Assembly: GCA_937901165.1 (NCBI GenBank)
Contig: CALCGS010000031.1
Coordinates: 1-34,896, forward strand
DNA length: 34,896 nt
Direction of reading: 5' to 3'
From: an uncultured Alphaproteobacteria bacterium
Lineage (GTDB): Bacteria > Pseudomonadota > Alphaproteobacteria > Rs-D84
The notes beneath the pieces were generated by a model. The model did no database searches and was not told where the DNA came from. It saw nothing but the letters and a program-made list of their open reading frames with translations. Position numbers and translations under genes: made by a program. This document shows, piece after piece, positions 10,512 to 19,850 of this stretch (the first letter of the stretch is position 1; every line of letters starts with the position of its first letter).

Positions 10512-11018
10512 TTACTTACGTCTCCGTACTTTACGCATAACCATTTCGCGACGCACGCCAGACAAATAATCAACAAACAAAACACCGTTCAAATGGTCTG
10601 TTTCATGTTGTACAATACGCGCAGGAACCCCATGCATTTCAGCCTGTAATTTTTTACCATTTTCATCTGTCCATGACACAATCACAGATTCAGGACGACT
10701 TACACGTGCATATACCGGTAAATTATCGGAACCAAGAACGGACAAACAACCTTCTTCTAAATTTACCTTGTTTTCACTGAATGAAATTATTTCAGGGTTT
10801 ATCATTTTGAAAATTTGTTCAGTGTCAGGGTCCATCATTACCAAAAAACGTTTTAATATCCCAACCTGAGGTGCTGCAAGTCCAACCCCATTTTGCACAC
10901 GCATCATTTGAACCATTTCGTCCATTATAGACAGTAATTCTGTATCTATATCTTCAACAGGTTCACATTTACTGCGTAATGCCAAATCACCACATAGTTT
11001 CATTTCCAATTTATTCAT
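10512..11018 (-). CDS. def: peptide deformylase
   Basis: GLAAPQVG, EGCLS and HETDHLNG motifs. The start is uncertain (ATGs at 11024, 11018 and 11003). I chose 11018 because an AGGGG run lies 6 nt upstream. Confidence 0.9.
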   Translation of the reverse strand: MNKLEMKLCGDLALRSKCEPVEDIDTELLSIMDEMVQMMRVQNGVGLAAPQVGILKRFLVMMDPDTEQIFKMINPEIISFSENKVNLEEGCLSVLGSDNLPVYARVSRPESVIVSWTDENGKKLQAEMHGVPARIVQHETDHLNGVLFVDYLSGVRREMVMRKVRRRK

Positions 11019-12252
11019 CTTCATCCCCTGTTTCATCTTTATACGGTAAAGCAATATTTTTTGATACAGATAAACCACCCTGCTTTTTTATTTTATCAAA
11101 CCAACTACTTATAGAACCACGTCCATCAGATAATTTATTTAATCCACCATTATAAGCATTTTGTATTGTATCCAATGCAGTACCTATTTTTTTATAATCT
11201 TCGGTAAAACCGGCATATTTTTCATATAATTTTTCAGCATATTCCACAATTTTTTCAACGTTCTTGCTCTGTTTTTCTACACGCATTAATGTATCAATTG
11301 TTCGCAACATAGGAAGTAATAAAGACGGTGTTGCGATGACCACCCCCCTATCATACGCATATTTATAAATATCTTCTTTGTCACGATTCATCAACTCTAT
11401 GTACGCGTGTTCCAATGGCATAAACATACAAACATAGTCAAATTTTTTATCAACAACACGATTGTAATTTTTATCACCCAATTCTGTAATATGTTTTTTA
11501 GTCGCGTCAACAAAACATTTCCACAAACGATTTTTTTCAATCAAATCTTCACAAGACAAATAATCCATATAACTATTCAAAGACATTTTTGCATCAACAA
11601 CAAAATGTTTATCCCCAGGCATATGGACAATATAATCAGGTATATCGTGATTGTCAGATAAATGTTTTTGTGCCTCGTACTGGACACCAGGTTCCCAACC
11701 AAGTATTTCAAATAAACGTTCAACCTGAATTTCACCCCAATTACCCTGTACTTTTTTATTACCACGCAATGCAGTTGTTAAATCAGATGCTTCTTTCTTT
11801 AACGCACCACTGGATTCCATCATATTTTTTATTTGTTCTTCGAGGGATGCACGATTTTCTGTGGAATTTTTTAACATGTCTTTTATCTGGGCATCAAAAT
11901 CTGTTTTCATTTTTTCCAATTGTTCCCGAAAAGGCGTTATTGTAATACCCATATTTTTTTGTTGTTCTTCCAATGCACTTTTACGAGTAGCGTCCAACAA
12001 TTCAGATGACACGTTTTTGAATTCACGCAACATTTCACCACGGACATTTTCCAATGTTGATATTTTTTCCCGCGCCCCAGCACATTCACCAATTAAACGC
12101 ACATTTTCACGACGCAAATTTGACAATTCTGTTTTTAACATATCAATAACAACACCGCCATCGTTTCCGCCACGATGATACATAAAATACCCGATAATAA
12201 CACCAAGTATTATTCCAATTGTCAAACTTATAAATACCGTTGTCATATTCAT
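11011..12252 (-). CDS. rmuC: DNA recombination protein RmuC
   Basis: N-terminal TM helix, a long coiled-coil region and a C-terminal RmuC nuclease-like region (PDYIVHMPGDKHFVVDAK, CMFMPLE). Confidence 0.85.
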   Translation of the reverse strand: MNMTTVFISLTIGIILGVIIGYFMYHRGGNDGGVVIDMLKTELSNLRRENVRLIGECAGAREKISTLENVRGEMLREFKNVSSELLDATRKSALEEQQKNMGITITPFREQLEKMKTDFDAQIKDMLKNSTENRASLEEQIKNMMESSGALKKEASDLTTALRGNKKVQGNWGEIQVERLFEILGWEPGVQYEAQKHLSDNHDIPDYIVHMPGDKHFVVDAKMSLNSYMDYLSCEDLIEKNRLWKCFVDATKKHITELGDKNYNRVVDKKFDYVCMFMPLEHAYIELMNRDKEDIYKYAYDRGVVIATPSLLLPMLRTIDTLMRVEKQSKNVEKIVEYAEKLYEKYAGFTEDYKKIGTALDTIQNAYNGGLNKLSDGRGSISSWFDKIKKQGGLSVSKNIALPYKDETGDEDE

Positions 12253-12300
12253 GCCTTGGATTATACTATATTTTTTACACTTTGCAATTATTATAAAGAC

Positions 12301-12897
12301 CTATACCCTGGTTCCTGTTTTTGGATTTATCCATACCTGTTCATCCGCAATTTCCATCAATGGCAAATCTGTTTTACTATCAGAATAGCAACGAACAACA
12401 TGCGGAATATATTTATTTTCTGTTGCCCATTTATCCAACGCAACAACCTTGTTTTTATCCCAACATAAAAATTCGTATTTATACGGTTTATTTGCGTGCA
12501 TTTTTGATGTCAAAACCGCATCAAATTTTATATCACCAACCAAAGGTTTTATTAAATAATCAGGCGATGCACTGATTAAAACAACCTTGTTACCAGCACT
12601 GCGTTCTTTATCAATTTGTTCGCGTGCCCAACCAAAGCGATTTAATTTGTGCAATTTTGCAAAACCCTTGATATTTTCCGAAATCATTTTATTGGTTACA
12701 AAACCACGTGATAATTCACGCCAAAAAATGCCCTTGCGATAAAAATAACGCAGTAAAAACGCAAAGCCAATAACAGGAATATATAAACGTGCACGCCAAG
12801 AACGTCCAATACAATATTTTCCAAATGCCAAATTAGAATCAGGCCAAGACAAAGTTCCATCAAAATCAAAAACAACAACATTTATTTTCTGTAACAT
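12301..12897 (-). CDS. HAD-superfamily (subfamily IB-like) hydrolase
   Basis: Motif I VVVFDFDGTLS, a downstream VLISASP (motif II-like) and a C-terminal YSDSKTDLPL (motif III/IV-like). Confidence 0.7.
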   Translation of the reverse strand: MLQKINVVVFDFDGTLSWPDSNLAFGKYCIGRSWRARLYIPVIGFAFLLRYFYRKGIFWRELSRGFVTNKMISENIKGFAKLHKLNRFGWAREQIDKERSAGNKVVLISASPDYLIKPLVGDIKFDAVLTSKMHANKPYKYEFLCWDKNKVVALDKWATENKYIPHVVRCYSDSKTDLPLMEIADEQVWINPKTGTRV

Positions 12898-12960
12898 AAA
12901 AAAATCCTTTTACAAAATTTAACAATTTTTATATTAAACATATTTTTTGTATTCGCAATA

Positions 12961-12988
12961 AAAATGCGTTTCAACAGAAACGCATTTT
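12961..12988 (-). terminator. rho-independent terminator after the RND pump gene (palindromic, could act bidirectionally)
   Basis: Perfect 12-bp stem AAAATGCGTTTC / GAAACGCATTTT with a 4-nt loop, 5 nt downstream of the stop codon at 12993. Confidence 0.65.
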
Positions 12989-12992
12989 ATCA

Positions 12993-15900
12993 TTATTTTT
13001 TTCTTTTTAATTTTGTACGCAAATTTTCTAATGCAAAGAATAATGCAGGTGTCAATGTAAATGTCCACACCAAACTTGCAAACATCCCACCAATCATTAC
13101 AGATGCCATCGCAGATTTCATACCATCCGCAGACCATAATTGTGGCAACATACCCGCCATAACAGCGATTGATGTCATTAAAATCATACTCTTTTTAGAT
13201 AATAGTTCTTCCCATAGTACATTATATGCTTTTTCACCTTGACGTATTCTCTTGATTGTTGGTTCCAAAACCAAAATATTATTGTTCACAACCAATCCAA
13301 CCAACATCACAAATGCCAACATAGCCCCAACATTCATTGATGCACCAGACAAGAATAACAATATAAACACACCTGCAAAACTGGTTACGATTGATGTAGC
13401 AATCGTAAACGGATGCGTTAAAGAATTCATAATCGCCGCCAATAACATAAATGTCAAAACAGTCGCCAATAAAAATGCCATACCAATTTCACTGGTCGTT
13501 TCACTTTGTGTTTCAGACATACCACCAAAACTGACCCCGTATCCAGGTTCCCAATCCATATCTGCAATTTCTAATTCTATTTTAGATTGTACAGGACCCA
13601 TTGTAGACTTTCCAATATTTACATCAATTTCTGTGATTCTATTTTTATCCAATCTGGATATATTTGGTGTTGCAGGAACTTTTTGTATTTCGCCCAATTC
13701 AGATAACGCAACCATTCCCTTGGGTGAATTCACATAAACATTTTCAAACATAGAATTTGTTTTAAATGGACGTGCAAATTCCAAAACAATTGGATATTCT
13801 TTGCCATTTTCTTTGTATTTATATGTATCGTTTCCATATAATGCTGTACGCAAAACAGTACCAGCATAAGAATTTTGAATTCCCCAAGCACTCATTTGTT
13901 CTTGGTCTGGAACAAAACGAATTTCATTATTTGGTGTCTGTTGTGCCAACACAGCACTTTGTACTTCGGGTATATTATTTATACGATTTAATAATTCATT
14001 TGCATAGGCATTACGTTTTTCATCGCTTTCACCAGATATATTCAAAACCAAATCAGATGATACACTGCCAATTGCCTCACCTGCATGAATTTGAATTTCA
14101 ACATCTGGTATTTTTGCCAATTCTGGTAAAATTTTTTGTGCCAGTTTTTTATCAGATAGTTTTCTATCTTCCCTATCTACTAATTTTACTTTTACTGCAA
14201 TATTCTGCAAACCGCGTTCCCCAATTTTTACGGTTGTTGAAGATACTTCTGGGAAAGAACGCAGGGTTTCATCTATCTGATTGGCAATCATTGAAGATTT
14301 TTCGTATGTCGCCCCCATAGGTGCGCGTGCGGTTATATTTATTTCGTTTGCATCAGTTGATGGTTGGAATTCATTTCCAACAAACCGCATTAAACTTGCC
14401 GCACCAAACAAAATAACAACCGCCATCAATATAATACGTCCAGGATGTGCAAATTGAATATCATACCATTTACGCAAACGTGGCATATCTGTATTTTGTT
14501 TTGTTTCATGCGTCTCTTGTTTTTTACGCGACTTTACCAAACGTAAAATTTTCGAAATCATCATAGGTGTCAATGTGAACGAGAATAATAAAGACAACAG
14601 TGTTAAATACACAACCGTCATACCAAATTGAACCATAAATTCACCGACAATACCGCCCATAAATGCCAACGGTAAAAACACCACCACATTTGTACCAACA
14701 CCAGCCAACACAGATACGGCAACTTTTTTAGTTCCATCAATTGCGGCATCTTCGGGCTTTTTACCATTACGCATTTCTTGTAATGATGCCTCTATCAAAA
14801 TAATCGCGTTTGATACCAATGTTCCAAGTGCAGAAGAATACGCCAACAAAGTCATTGCGTTTATTGTAAAACCACTGAGGTCTGCAAAAAAGAATCCAGC
14901 AACCAAAGACGCAGGTATCACAACACCAGCAATAATAGTTGAACGCCAATTACGTGTAAATATCAACAAAATTAATACAGTCAGTGCAATTCCCAAAACA
15001 ATTCCATTTATGGTATCATATGTATCATCAGCCACTGTAATTGAAGAATCAGCAACAATTTCCATGGTCGCATTTGGAAAACGCGATTTCAAATCAGATT
15101 CAAATTCAGGCATTTGTTTTCTTAATGCATTGGATATTTTTATTGCATTACCATCAGATGCCTTTATCACAGATGCAATCACAACGTCATTACCATTATA
15201 TTTTGCACCATTTTCTATATCGCGTGCCGCATCGTAAACATTTGCAACATCAGACAATTTGAAATTTTGACCTTCGGCAGTGACAATTTGCAAATTTTCA
15301 ATTTCTGATACACTTGCAAATTCACCGACAAATCTAACATTTGAAGAATCCGAACCTGTTTCTATTTTTCCACCAGGAACATTTAAGTTTTTATTTCCCA
15401 GCGCAGATACAATATCAATTATCGTTACACCACGTGCAGACATTTCATCTGGCGACATTTCTATACGCACAGCACGTTTTTCACCACCAAAGATTGAAAC
15501 ACTCGCCACGCCGGACACACCAGTAATTTTATTCGATAAAGTATCATCAACATATTCATATAAATCACGAGATGACGCACCAGATAATGCAATATCAATC
15601 ACAGATTGTTGCAACGGATTTAATTTTTCTATGATAGGTTGTTTCAAATCATCTGGAAATTCAGATGACATTGCATCTATCTTGGATTTTACTTCAGACG
15701 CTTTATCATTTACATTTACACCCAAATTAAATTCAGCCATAACATAACCACCATTTTCATATGCCTGGGATGTCAATTTTTTTAATCCCGCAACCTGGGA
15801 CATTGCGTCTTCGGCCTTTTTTAATACTTGTGATTCTATTTCAGCGGGTGCCGCACCAGGATAAACAAAAGATGCCGTCACATACGGAAAATCAAGCGAT

Positions 15901-16007
15901 GGCGTTCTTTCTATATTCATTCTGGGAAAAGAATATATACCAAGAACAACCCAAAATAAAACAAACATTATTGTAGTAATTGGTCTGCGAACAAAAAATT
16001 TTAACAT
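12993..16007 (-). CDS. RND efflux transporter permease subunit (AcrB/AcrD/AcrF family)
   Basis: 1004 aa with the typical organisation of two large periplasmic loops and 12 TM segments. It is the last gene of the marR-tolC-adaptor-RND operon. Confidence 0.9.
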   Translation of the reverse strand: MLKFFVRRPITTIMFVLFWVVLGIYSFPRMNIERTPSLDFPYVTASFVYPGAAPAEIESQVLKKAEDAMSQVAGLKKLTSQAYENGGYVMAEFNLGVNVNDKASEVKSKIDAMSSEFPDDLKQPIIEKLNPLQQSVIDIALSGASSRDLYEYVDDTLSNKITGVSGVASVSIFGGEKRAVRIEMSPDEMSARGVTIIDIVSALGNKNLNVPGGKIETGSDSSNVRFVGEFASVSEIENLQIVTAEGQNFKLSDVANVYDAARDIENGAKYNGNDVVIASVIKASDGNAIKISNALRKQMPEFESDLKSRFPNATMEIVADSSITVADDTYDTINGIVLGIALTVLILLIFTRNWRSTIIAGVVIPASLVAGFFFADLSGFTINAMTLLAYSSALGTLVSNAIILIEASLQEMRNGKKPEDAAIDGTKKVAVSVLAGVGTNVVVFLPLAFMGGIVGEFMVQFGMTVVYLTLLSLLFSFTLTPMMISKILRLVKSRKKQETHETKQNTDMPRLRKWYDIQFAHPGRIILMAVVILFGAASLMRFVGNEFQPSTDANEINITARAPMGATYEKSSMIANQIDETLRSFPEVSSTTVKIGERGLQNIAVKVKLVDREDRKLSDKKLAQKILPELAKIPDVEIQIHAGEAIGSVSSDLVLNISGESDEKRNAYANELLNRINNIPEVQSAVLAQQTPNNEIRFVPDQEQMSAWGIQNSYAGTVLRTALYGNDTYKYKENGKEYPIVLEFARPFKTNSMFENVYVNSPKGMVALSELGEIQKVPATPNISRLDKNRITEIDVNIGKSTMGPVQSKIELEIADMDWEPGYGVSFGGMSETQSETTSEIGMAFLLATVLTFMLLAAIMNSLTHPFTIATSIVTSFAGVFILLFLSGASMNVGAMLAFVMLVGLVVNNNILVLEPTIKRIRQGEKAYNVLWEELLSKKSMILMTSIAVMAGMLPQLWSADGMKSAMASVMIGGMFASLVWTFTLTPALFFALENLRTKLKRKK

Positions 16008-16019
16008 ATCTGTACACCT

Positions 16020-16616
16020 TTATTTTTGAAATTGTTCTTGAACTTTTTCACCATCTTGGACATCTGATAATATAACAATATCACCATCATCCAAACCTTG
16101 GGTTATCAATGCATTATCAGCATCTTGACGTGCAACAACCACATCGCGTGCTATCGCAAGTCCGTTTTGTAAAATAAAAACCTTGCCATTATTTACAGAA
16201 TAAGACGGGACAAAATAACCATTGCGACGATATTCCGCATATTGTAAACCATCTTGAACATTTTTGGTCTTTATAACATACATGCCTGTATCTATGTCTA
16301 TTTTTGCAGATACAGATACAATTTCACCGTTACCTATCTTTTCGCCGGCACGAAATAACCCAACACGACCCCCAGAAACCAAAGCACGATTATCTTTGAT
16401 TGTTATAGGTTCACGCAATATGTCAGATTCATTTTTAACATGCATAACCCAAACAGGCCGACCAGATTCTGCAACATCACGCGAAACATTAAAAACCTGT
16501 TGTCTATTTTGGGCAACCAATACAGATACGCGAAATAAAACCCATAACAACAGCCCCAGCCCACACAATATGTAAATAAACTTTTTTATTTTGTTCTTGT
16601 TTTTCATATTATTCAC
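16020..16616 (-). CDS. short periplasmic adaptor (membrane-fusion-protein-like) subunit of the RND system
   Basis: N-terminal TM anchor followed by a beta-rich region. Its position between the TolC-like and RND genes, and its 8-nt overlap with the tolC-like stop, support the call. At 198 aa it is much shorter than usual adaptors. Confidence 0.6.
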   Translation of the reverse strand: MNNMKNKNKIKKFIYILCGLGLLLWVLFRVSVLVAQNRQQVFNVSRDVAESGRPVWVMHVKNESDILREPITIKDNRALVSGGRVGLFRAGEKIGNGEIVSVSAKIDIDTGMYVIKTKNVQDGLQYAEYRRNGYFVPSYSVNNGKVFILQNGLAIARDVVVARQDADNALITQGLDDGDIVILSDVQDGEKVQEQFQK

Positions 16617-17934
16617 CTAATTTTTTTACAGATTCAGCAGACATTAAAATTTTATATTTTGCATTTAATAACGCCATATCCAGTTGGTATAAACCAGATG
16701 CAACCTCTGATAATTCAACCGCAGATGTTTGTCCGGAACTGAATCTTTGTTGCGAATATTCAAATGCCTTGGCCGCCAAATCACGCGCATTTTCTAAATT
16801 TTTCAAATTATCACGCAAATGATTATATTGCTTTATCGCATTATTGTATTGTTCTGATACAATCTTTTTTGATTTTTCTAAATCTTGACGGGCAGCCTCT
16901 GCATTCATGGCATCTACTGTCGCATTTGCTTTATTTAACCCACCTGAAAACAATGGAACCTGTAAAGCCAATCCCCAATACGCGTTTTGTCCACCCTTGG
17001 AATCAAACATATGGCGTGCTTCATTGGCCATTGATGAATAACTATAACTGCCCGTGGCGGCAAGTGTAGGATACGCATTTGCACGTTTTGACGAAGCCTG
17101 GGATTCATACATCATAACCTGTTGATTCAAAACGTCCCATTGTGGTGTTTTTTCCAATTTCTTTATTTCCATAGTTGAAAAAGTTTTTGGAAAATCATCA
17201 ACTAAATTTATTTCTTCATCAACATCAATACCGGCAAATATCTTTAACATTCTGTGTGCAGTATCGCGATTAAAACGTGCATCAGATAGATTTATTTCTT
17301 TGGTTGCAATATCTGATTCTATTTTAACCAAATTACTGCGGTTTGCACGACCGGCACTGGTCAACTGTTCACGTGATGCAATCGCATTGTTCAAATCTTT
17401 CTTGGCAAGTTTAACAATTTCATCCGTCATTTTTGCAGTCCAATACATATCGGTTGCACTATACACAATTTCACGACGCGTCATTTCACGTGATGTTTCA
17501 GACATTTTTATAGCACTGCGTACACTATCAACCGCGTTACCTATTTTGCCAAATGTATAAATAGGTTGTGTGATTGAAACACCAGCCGTAAAAATATTAT
17601 CTGGAATTTCTAAATTGCTCATATCTGCATCCAATGCATTGCCCAAAATTCCACCAAGTTCAGGTGGTAATTCAATACCTTGGGAACTGCCCAAATGTTC
17701 AACATTTAACATATTCATATATGTTGCATTTGCATCAATCTTGAACCAACGATTTGCATTCGCAGCATCCAATGATGCCTGGGCCTTTTTAACATTTGCA
17801 TCTGCCTTTTTCAAATCATTAGATTCAGAAACAATACGTGCCACAGTGTCATCTAGTGTCAAATCCAAAGCATAACCATTTGCACACAAACAAAATAAAG
17901 ACATTAAACCAAATATTATTTTTTTATTTCGCAT
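16609..17934 (-). CDS. TolC-family outer membrane efflux protein
   Basis: Signal peptide, 441 aa, and two tandem helical/beta repeat halves typical of the OEP family. Operon context is consistent. Confidence 0.8.
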   Translation of the reverse strand: MRNKKIIFGLMSLFCLCANGYALDLTLDDTVARIVSESNDLKKADANVKKAQASLDAANANRWFKIDANATYMNMLNVEHLGSSQGIELPPELGGILGNALDADMSNLEIPDNIFTAGVSITQPIYTFGKIGNAVDSVRSAIKMSETSREMTRREIVYSATDMYWTAKMTDEIVKLAKKDLNNAIASREQLTSAGRANRSNLVKIESDIATKEINLSDARFNRDTAHRMLKIFAGIDVDEEINLVDDFPKTFSTMEIKKLEKTPQWDVLNQQVMMYESQASSKRANAYPTLAATGSYSYSSMANEARHMFDSKGGQNAYWGLALQVPLFSGGLNKANATVDAMNAEAARQDLEKSKKIVSEQYNNAIKQYNHLRDNLKNLENARDLAAKAFEYSQQRFSSGQTSAVELSEVASGLYQLDMALLNAKYKILMSAESVKKLGE

Positions 17935-18376
17935 TTTTTTCCTCCATCTTGCGTAACACAGAATTCATGGTTTTCAAACTCTGTATTAAATCACGTTCGT
18001 CATCACGCGACATTGTTGAAAATATACCCTCTATTGCATTGTACATACTATCCTTGGCGGCAATGGCAACATCACGCCCATGCGGACTTAAATCGTACCA
18101 TGTATTTCTGCGATCATTTTCATCAATATCACGAACAACCAAACCATCTTTTTCCAACTTTCTAAACAGCATACATAAATTTGGGGTTGGAACCTGTTCC
18201 CGACGCGCAATATCCTTTAATAATGCACGCCCACCAACATATAACCGAATCAATATCGTCAACTGTTGACGCGTATAACCGATCGTACGTGATGGGTCAC
18301 GCTTTATCCTATCCGCCAAACAGTCCAGTATACGGATGTTTTCTTCCATAAGTTTTATAAATTCTTTACGTGCCAT
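17924..18376 (-). CDS. MarR family transcriptional regulator
   Basis: Winged-helix region LTILIRLYVGGRALLKDIARREQVPTPNLCMLFRKLEKDGLVVR. I prefer ATG 18376..18374 (MARKEF), which has a GGGG RBS 5-6 nt upstream, over the TTG at 18394 in the track. Confidence 0.85.
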   Translation of the reverse strand: MARKEFIKLMEENIRILDCLADRIKRDPSRTIGYTRQQLTILIRLYVGGRALLKDIARREQVPTPNLCMLFRKLEKDGLVVRDIDENDRRNTWYDLSPHGRDVAIAAKDSMYNAIEGIFSTMSRDDERDLIQSLKTMNSVLRKMEEKNAK

Positions 18377-18392
18377 TTTTACCCCAGAACTC

Positions 18393-18415
18393 AATCATTA
18401 AACTGTTTAATGATT
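18393..18415. promoter_or_regulatory. perfect 23-bp palindrome, candidate MarR operator
   Basis: AATCATTAAAC-T-GTTTAATGATT lies 17 nt upstream of the marR ATG. It is directly downstream (on the minus strand) of a TATAAT hexamer. Confidence 0.5.
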
Positions 18416-18527
18416 ATTATACTATAATATTTTATTAGGATTTCAAGCAATATTTTTTTATATTTTTACATAAAAAAATTTGCAATCTAAAAAACGACCC
18501 GATTCGCAAATAAAAAATATAAAAATT

Positions 18528-18603
18528 TGGCACCCCCAATGGGAATCGAACCCATGTTGCCAGAATGAGAATCTGATGTCCTGGACCGCTAGACGATGGG
18601 GGC
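18528..18603 (-). tRNA. tRNA-Glu (anticodon CUC)
   Basis: The reverse complement GCCCCCATCGTCTAGCGGTCCAGGACATCAGATTCTCATTCTGGCAACATGGGTTCGATTCCCATTGGGGGTGCCA folds as a cloverleaf. It has a 7-bp acceptor stem, T-loop GGTTCGATTCC, anticodon loop TTCTCAT and an encoded CCA. Confidence 0.9.
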
Positions 18604-18689
18604 ATTTTACGTTTGTATTATTAAAGATTTTTGAATAAATAGCAAATTTATTTTTGCAAAAAACTATTTTTTGTTTATCATAAGTATCA

Positions 18690-19412
18690 ATGTTCAATAT
18701 AAGACATTTTTTTACTAATTTGTTATGTGGTATTATTCCAGGTGCCAGGAATCGTAATACAGTTCGGGCTTTTTGCAATACTAACAACGTTTATAACTTG
18801 CATTTTATACGCAAAAACACGGGATTCAAACATATAAGGATTAAACATTTTGTTGGATATCGTGGGTTGGCACTTACCACATGCGTAAACAATAAATACG
18901 CTTATAAATTTCAAATTAGAAAAATGAATAAAGAATCTTTTGAACGTGAAAAGATTATAACCGATGAATTTAGGAAAATTTCACATCTGTATATACCCAA
19001 AATGGAAATTTTTCCATACGCTGGCAAATTTGTACGCAGATACGAATATATAAACGGCACAACTATTAGAAAAATAAAACCAAAAATTGTAAAAGAAATG
19101 ACCCCCGATTGGGCGCATAGTATTGCAAAATTTTTATTTGAAATTGGAATGTACGACCCGAAATCGTTATACAAATATAAAACCGACAAAAATGCAAAAC
19201 CTGGATACATGTACGGATGGTACCATGGGGATATTTACGATAATTTTATGATAGATAAAAAAACAAATAAAATATTGGCTGTGTTTGATTGGGAAGATGT
19301 GCGTTTTGACGATTTTAGCAATATTTTTCAATCAAAATACCCAGACCAAAACGAATTTATGCAAGCCGTACGCATTGAATACGATAAAATTTATAAAAAA
19401 TCTTGCAAATAA
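18690..19412 (+). CDS. phosphotransferase-enzyme-family (APH/choline-kinase-like) small kinase
   Basis: Catalytic-loop-like HGDIYDNFMID followed by VFDWEDV (metal-binding-like). An N-lobe-like NNKYAYKFQIRK is present. An alternative shorter start exists at ATG 18924. Confidence 0.55.
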   Translation: MFNIRHFFTNLLCGIIPGARNRNTVRAFCNTNNVYNLHFIRKNTGFKHIRIKHFVGYRGLALTTCVNNKYAYKFQIRKMNKESFEREKIITDEFRKISHLYIPKMEIFPYAGKFVRRYEYINGTTIRKIKPKIVKEMTPDWAHSIAKFLFEIGMYDPKSLYKYKTDKNAKPGYMYGWYHGDIYDNFMIDKKTNKILAVFDWEDVRFDDFSNIFQSKYPDQNEFMQAVRIEYDKIYKKSCK

Positions 19413-19449
19413 ATAATTTTTTTATATAATCATTATGTTTTTTAGTTAT

Positions 19450-19523
19450 TGGGGTGTCGTCTAATGGTAGGACAAGAGATTTTGGTTCTCTTTATCATGG
19501 TTCGAATCCGTGCGCCCCAACCA
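19450..19523 (+). tRNA. tRNA-Gln (anticodon UUG)
   Basis: TGGGGTGTCGTCTAATGGTAGGACAAGAGATTTTGGTTCTCTTTATCATGGTTCGAATCCGTGCGCCCCAACCA. The acceptor stem is TGGGGTG/CGCCCCA, the anticodon stem AGAGA/TCTCT with loop TTTTGGT, and the T-loop GGTTCGAATCC. CCA is encoded. Confidence 0.9.
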
Positions 19524-19534
19524 AAATTAAACAA

Positions 19535-19556
19535 TACCCCCAACGGGGTATTTTTT
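19535..19556 (+). terminator. rho-independent terminator of tRNA-Gln
   Basis: TACCCC-CAAC-GGGGTA hairpin followed by TTTTTT. Confidence 0.7.
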
Positions 19557-19563
19557 AATTTTC

Positions 19564-19620
19564 ATGGCGCACGGATACGCCAGAGCGAAGCGCATGGCGA
19601 ATACGCAGATGAACAATTAG
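19564..19620 (+). pseudogene. remnant of the 3' end of a GIY-YIG nuclease gene
   Basis: The 19-codon frame MAHGYARAKRMANTQMNN* shares G-Y-A-x-A-K-R (GGATACGC... at DNA level) with the C-terminus GSGYAFAKRHFWK* of the intact GIY-YIG gene at 20323-20568. About 55 nt downstream it is followed by the same ~105-bp repeat that directly follows the intact gene. The match is short, so this is tentative. Confidence 0.4.
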
Positions 19621-19676
19621 CAACCGCGCAAAAACGGATATTTTTAATTAGAGTTTTTGCCCTGCGGTTGGTTATT

Positions 19677-19780
19677 GTTTATCAAGGTCTCGTACGCATT
19701 CCAGAGAGTAAAACAAATACCCTTTCATCAGTTCGAAAGTCAAATTTCGATTTTTTATCTTTTTAAACACACTTTCGAAC
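19677..19780 (+). repeat. direct repeat A1 (~104 bp) ending in copy 1 of the 50-bp inverted-arm element (arms 19731-19740 / 19771-19780)
   Basis: GTTTATCAAGGTCTCGTACGCATTCCAGAGAGTAAAACAAATAC...GTTCGAAAGT-30 nt-ACTTTCGAAC aligns along its length with 20568-20672. Confidence 0.85.
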
Positions 19781-19801
19781 CAACTTTAAAATAAAAAATT
19801 A

Positions 19802-19829
19802 TTGTATTTACAAATAATTATATTATAAT
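19802..19829 (+). promoter_or_regulatory. candidate sigma70-type promoter for the 111-aa ORF
   Basis: TTGTAT-16 nt-TATAAT lies 22 nt downstream of the 50-bp element. An AAGGA RBS sits 6 nt before the ATG at 19851. Confidence 0.35.
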
Positions 19830-19850
19830 GCGCCCAACAAAGGAAAAATT

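Noticed and set aside
10511-10585. N-terminal 25-residue extension of fmt in the track ORF
   Set aside because: The extension is hydrophobic and Cys-rich and would overlap the def coding region. The internal ATG at 10510 abuts the def stop and yields the canonical Fmt N-terminus.
18458-18787. 109-aa minus-strand ORF from the track
   Set aside because: It overlaps the whole tRNA-Glu gene and the start of the kinase-like gene, and has no RBS.
19449-19766. 105-aa plus-strand ORF from the track
   Set aside because: It starts inside tRNA-Gln and runs through the terminator and repeat A1, so it is an artefact of an open frame across non-coding elements.
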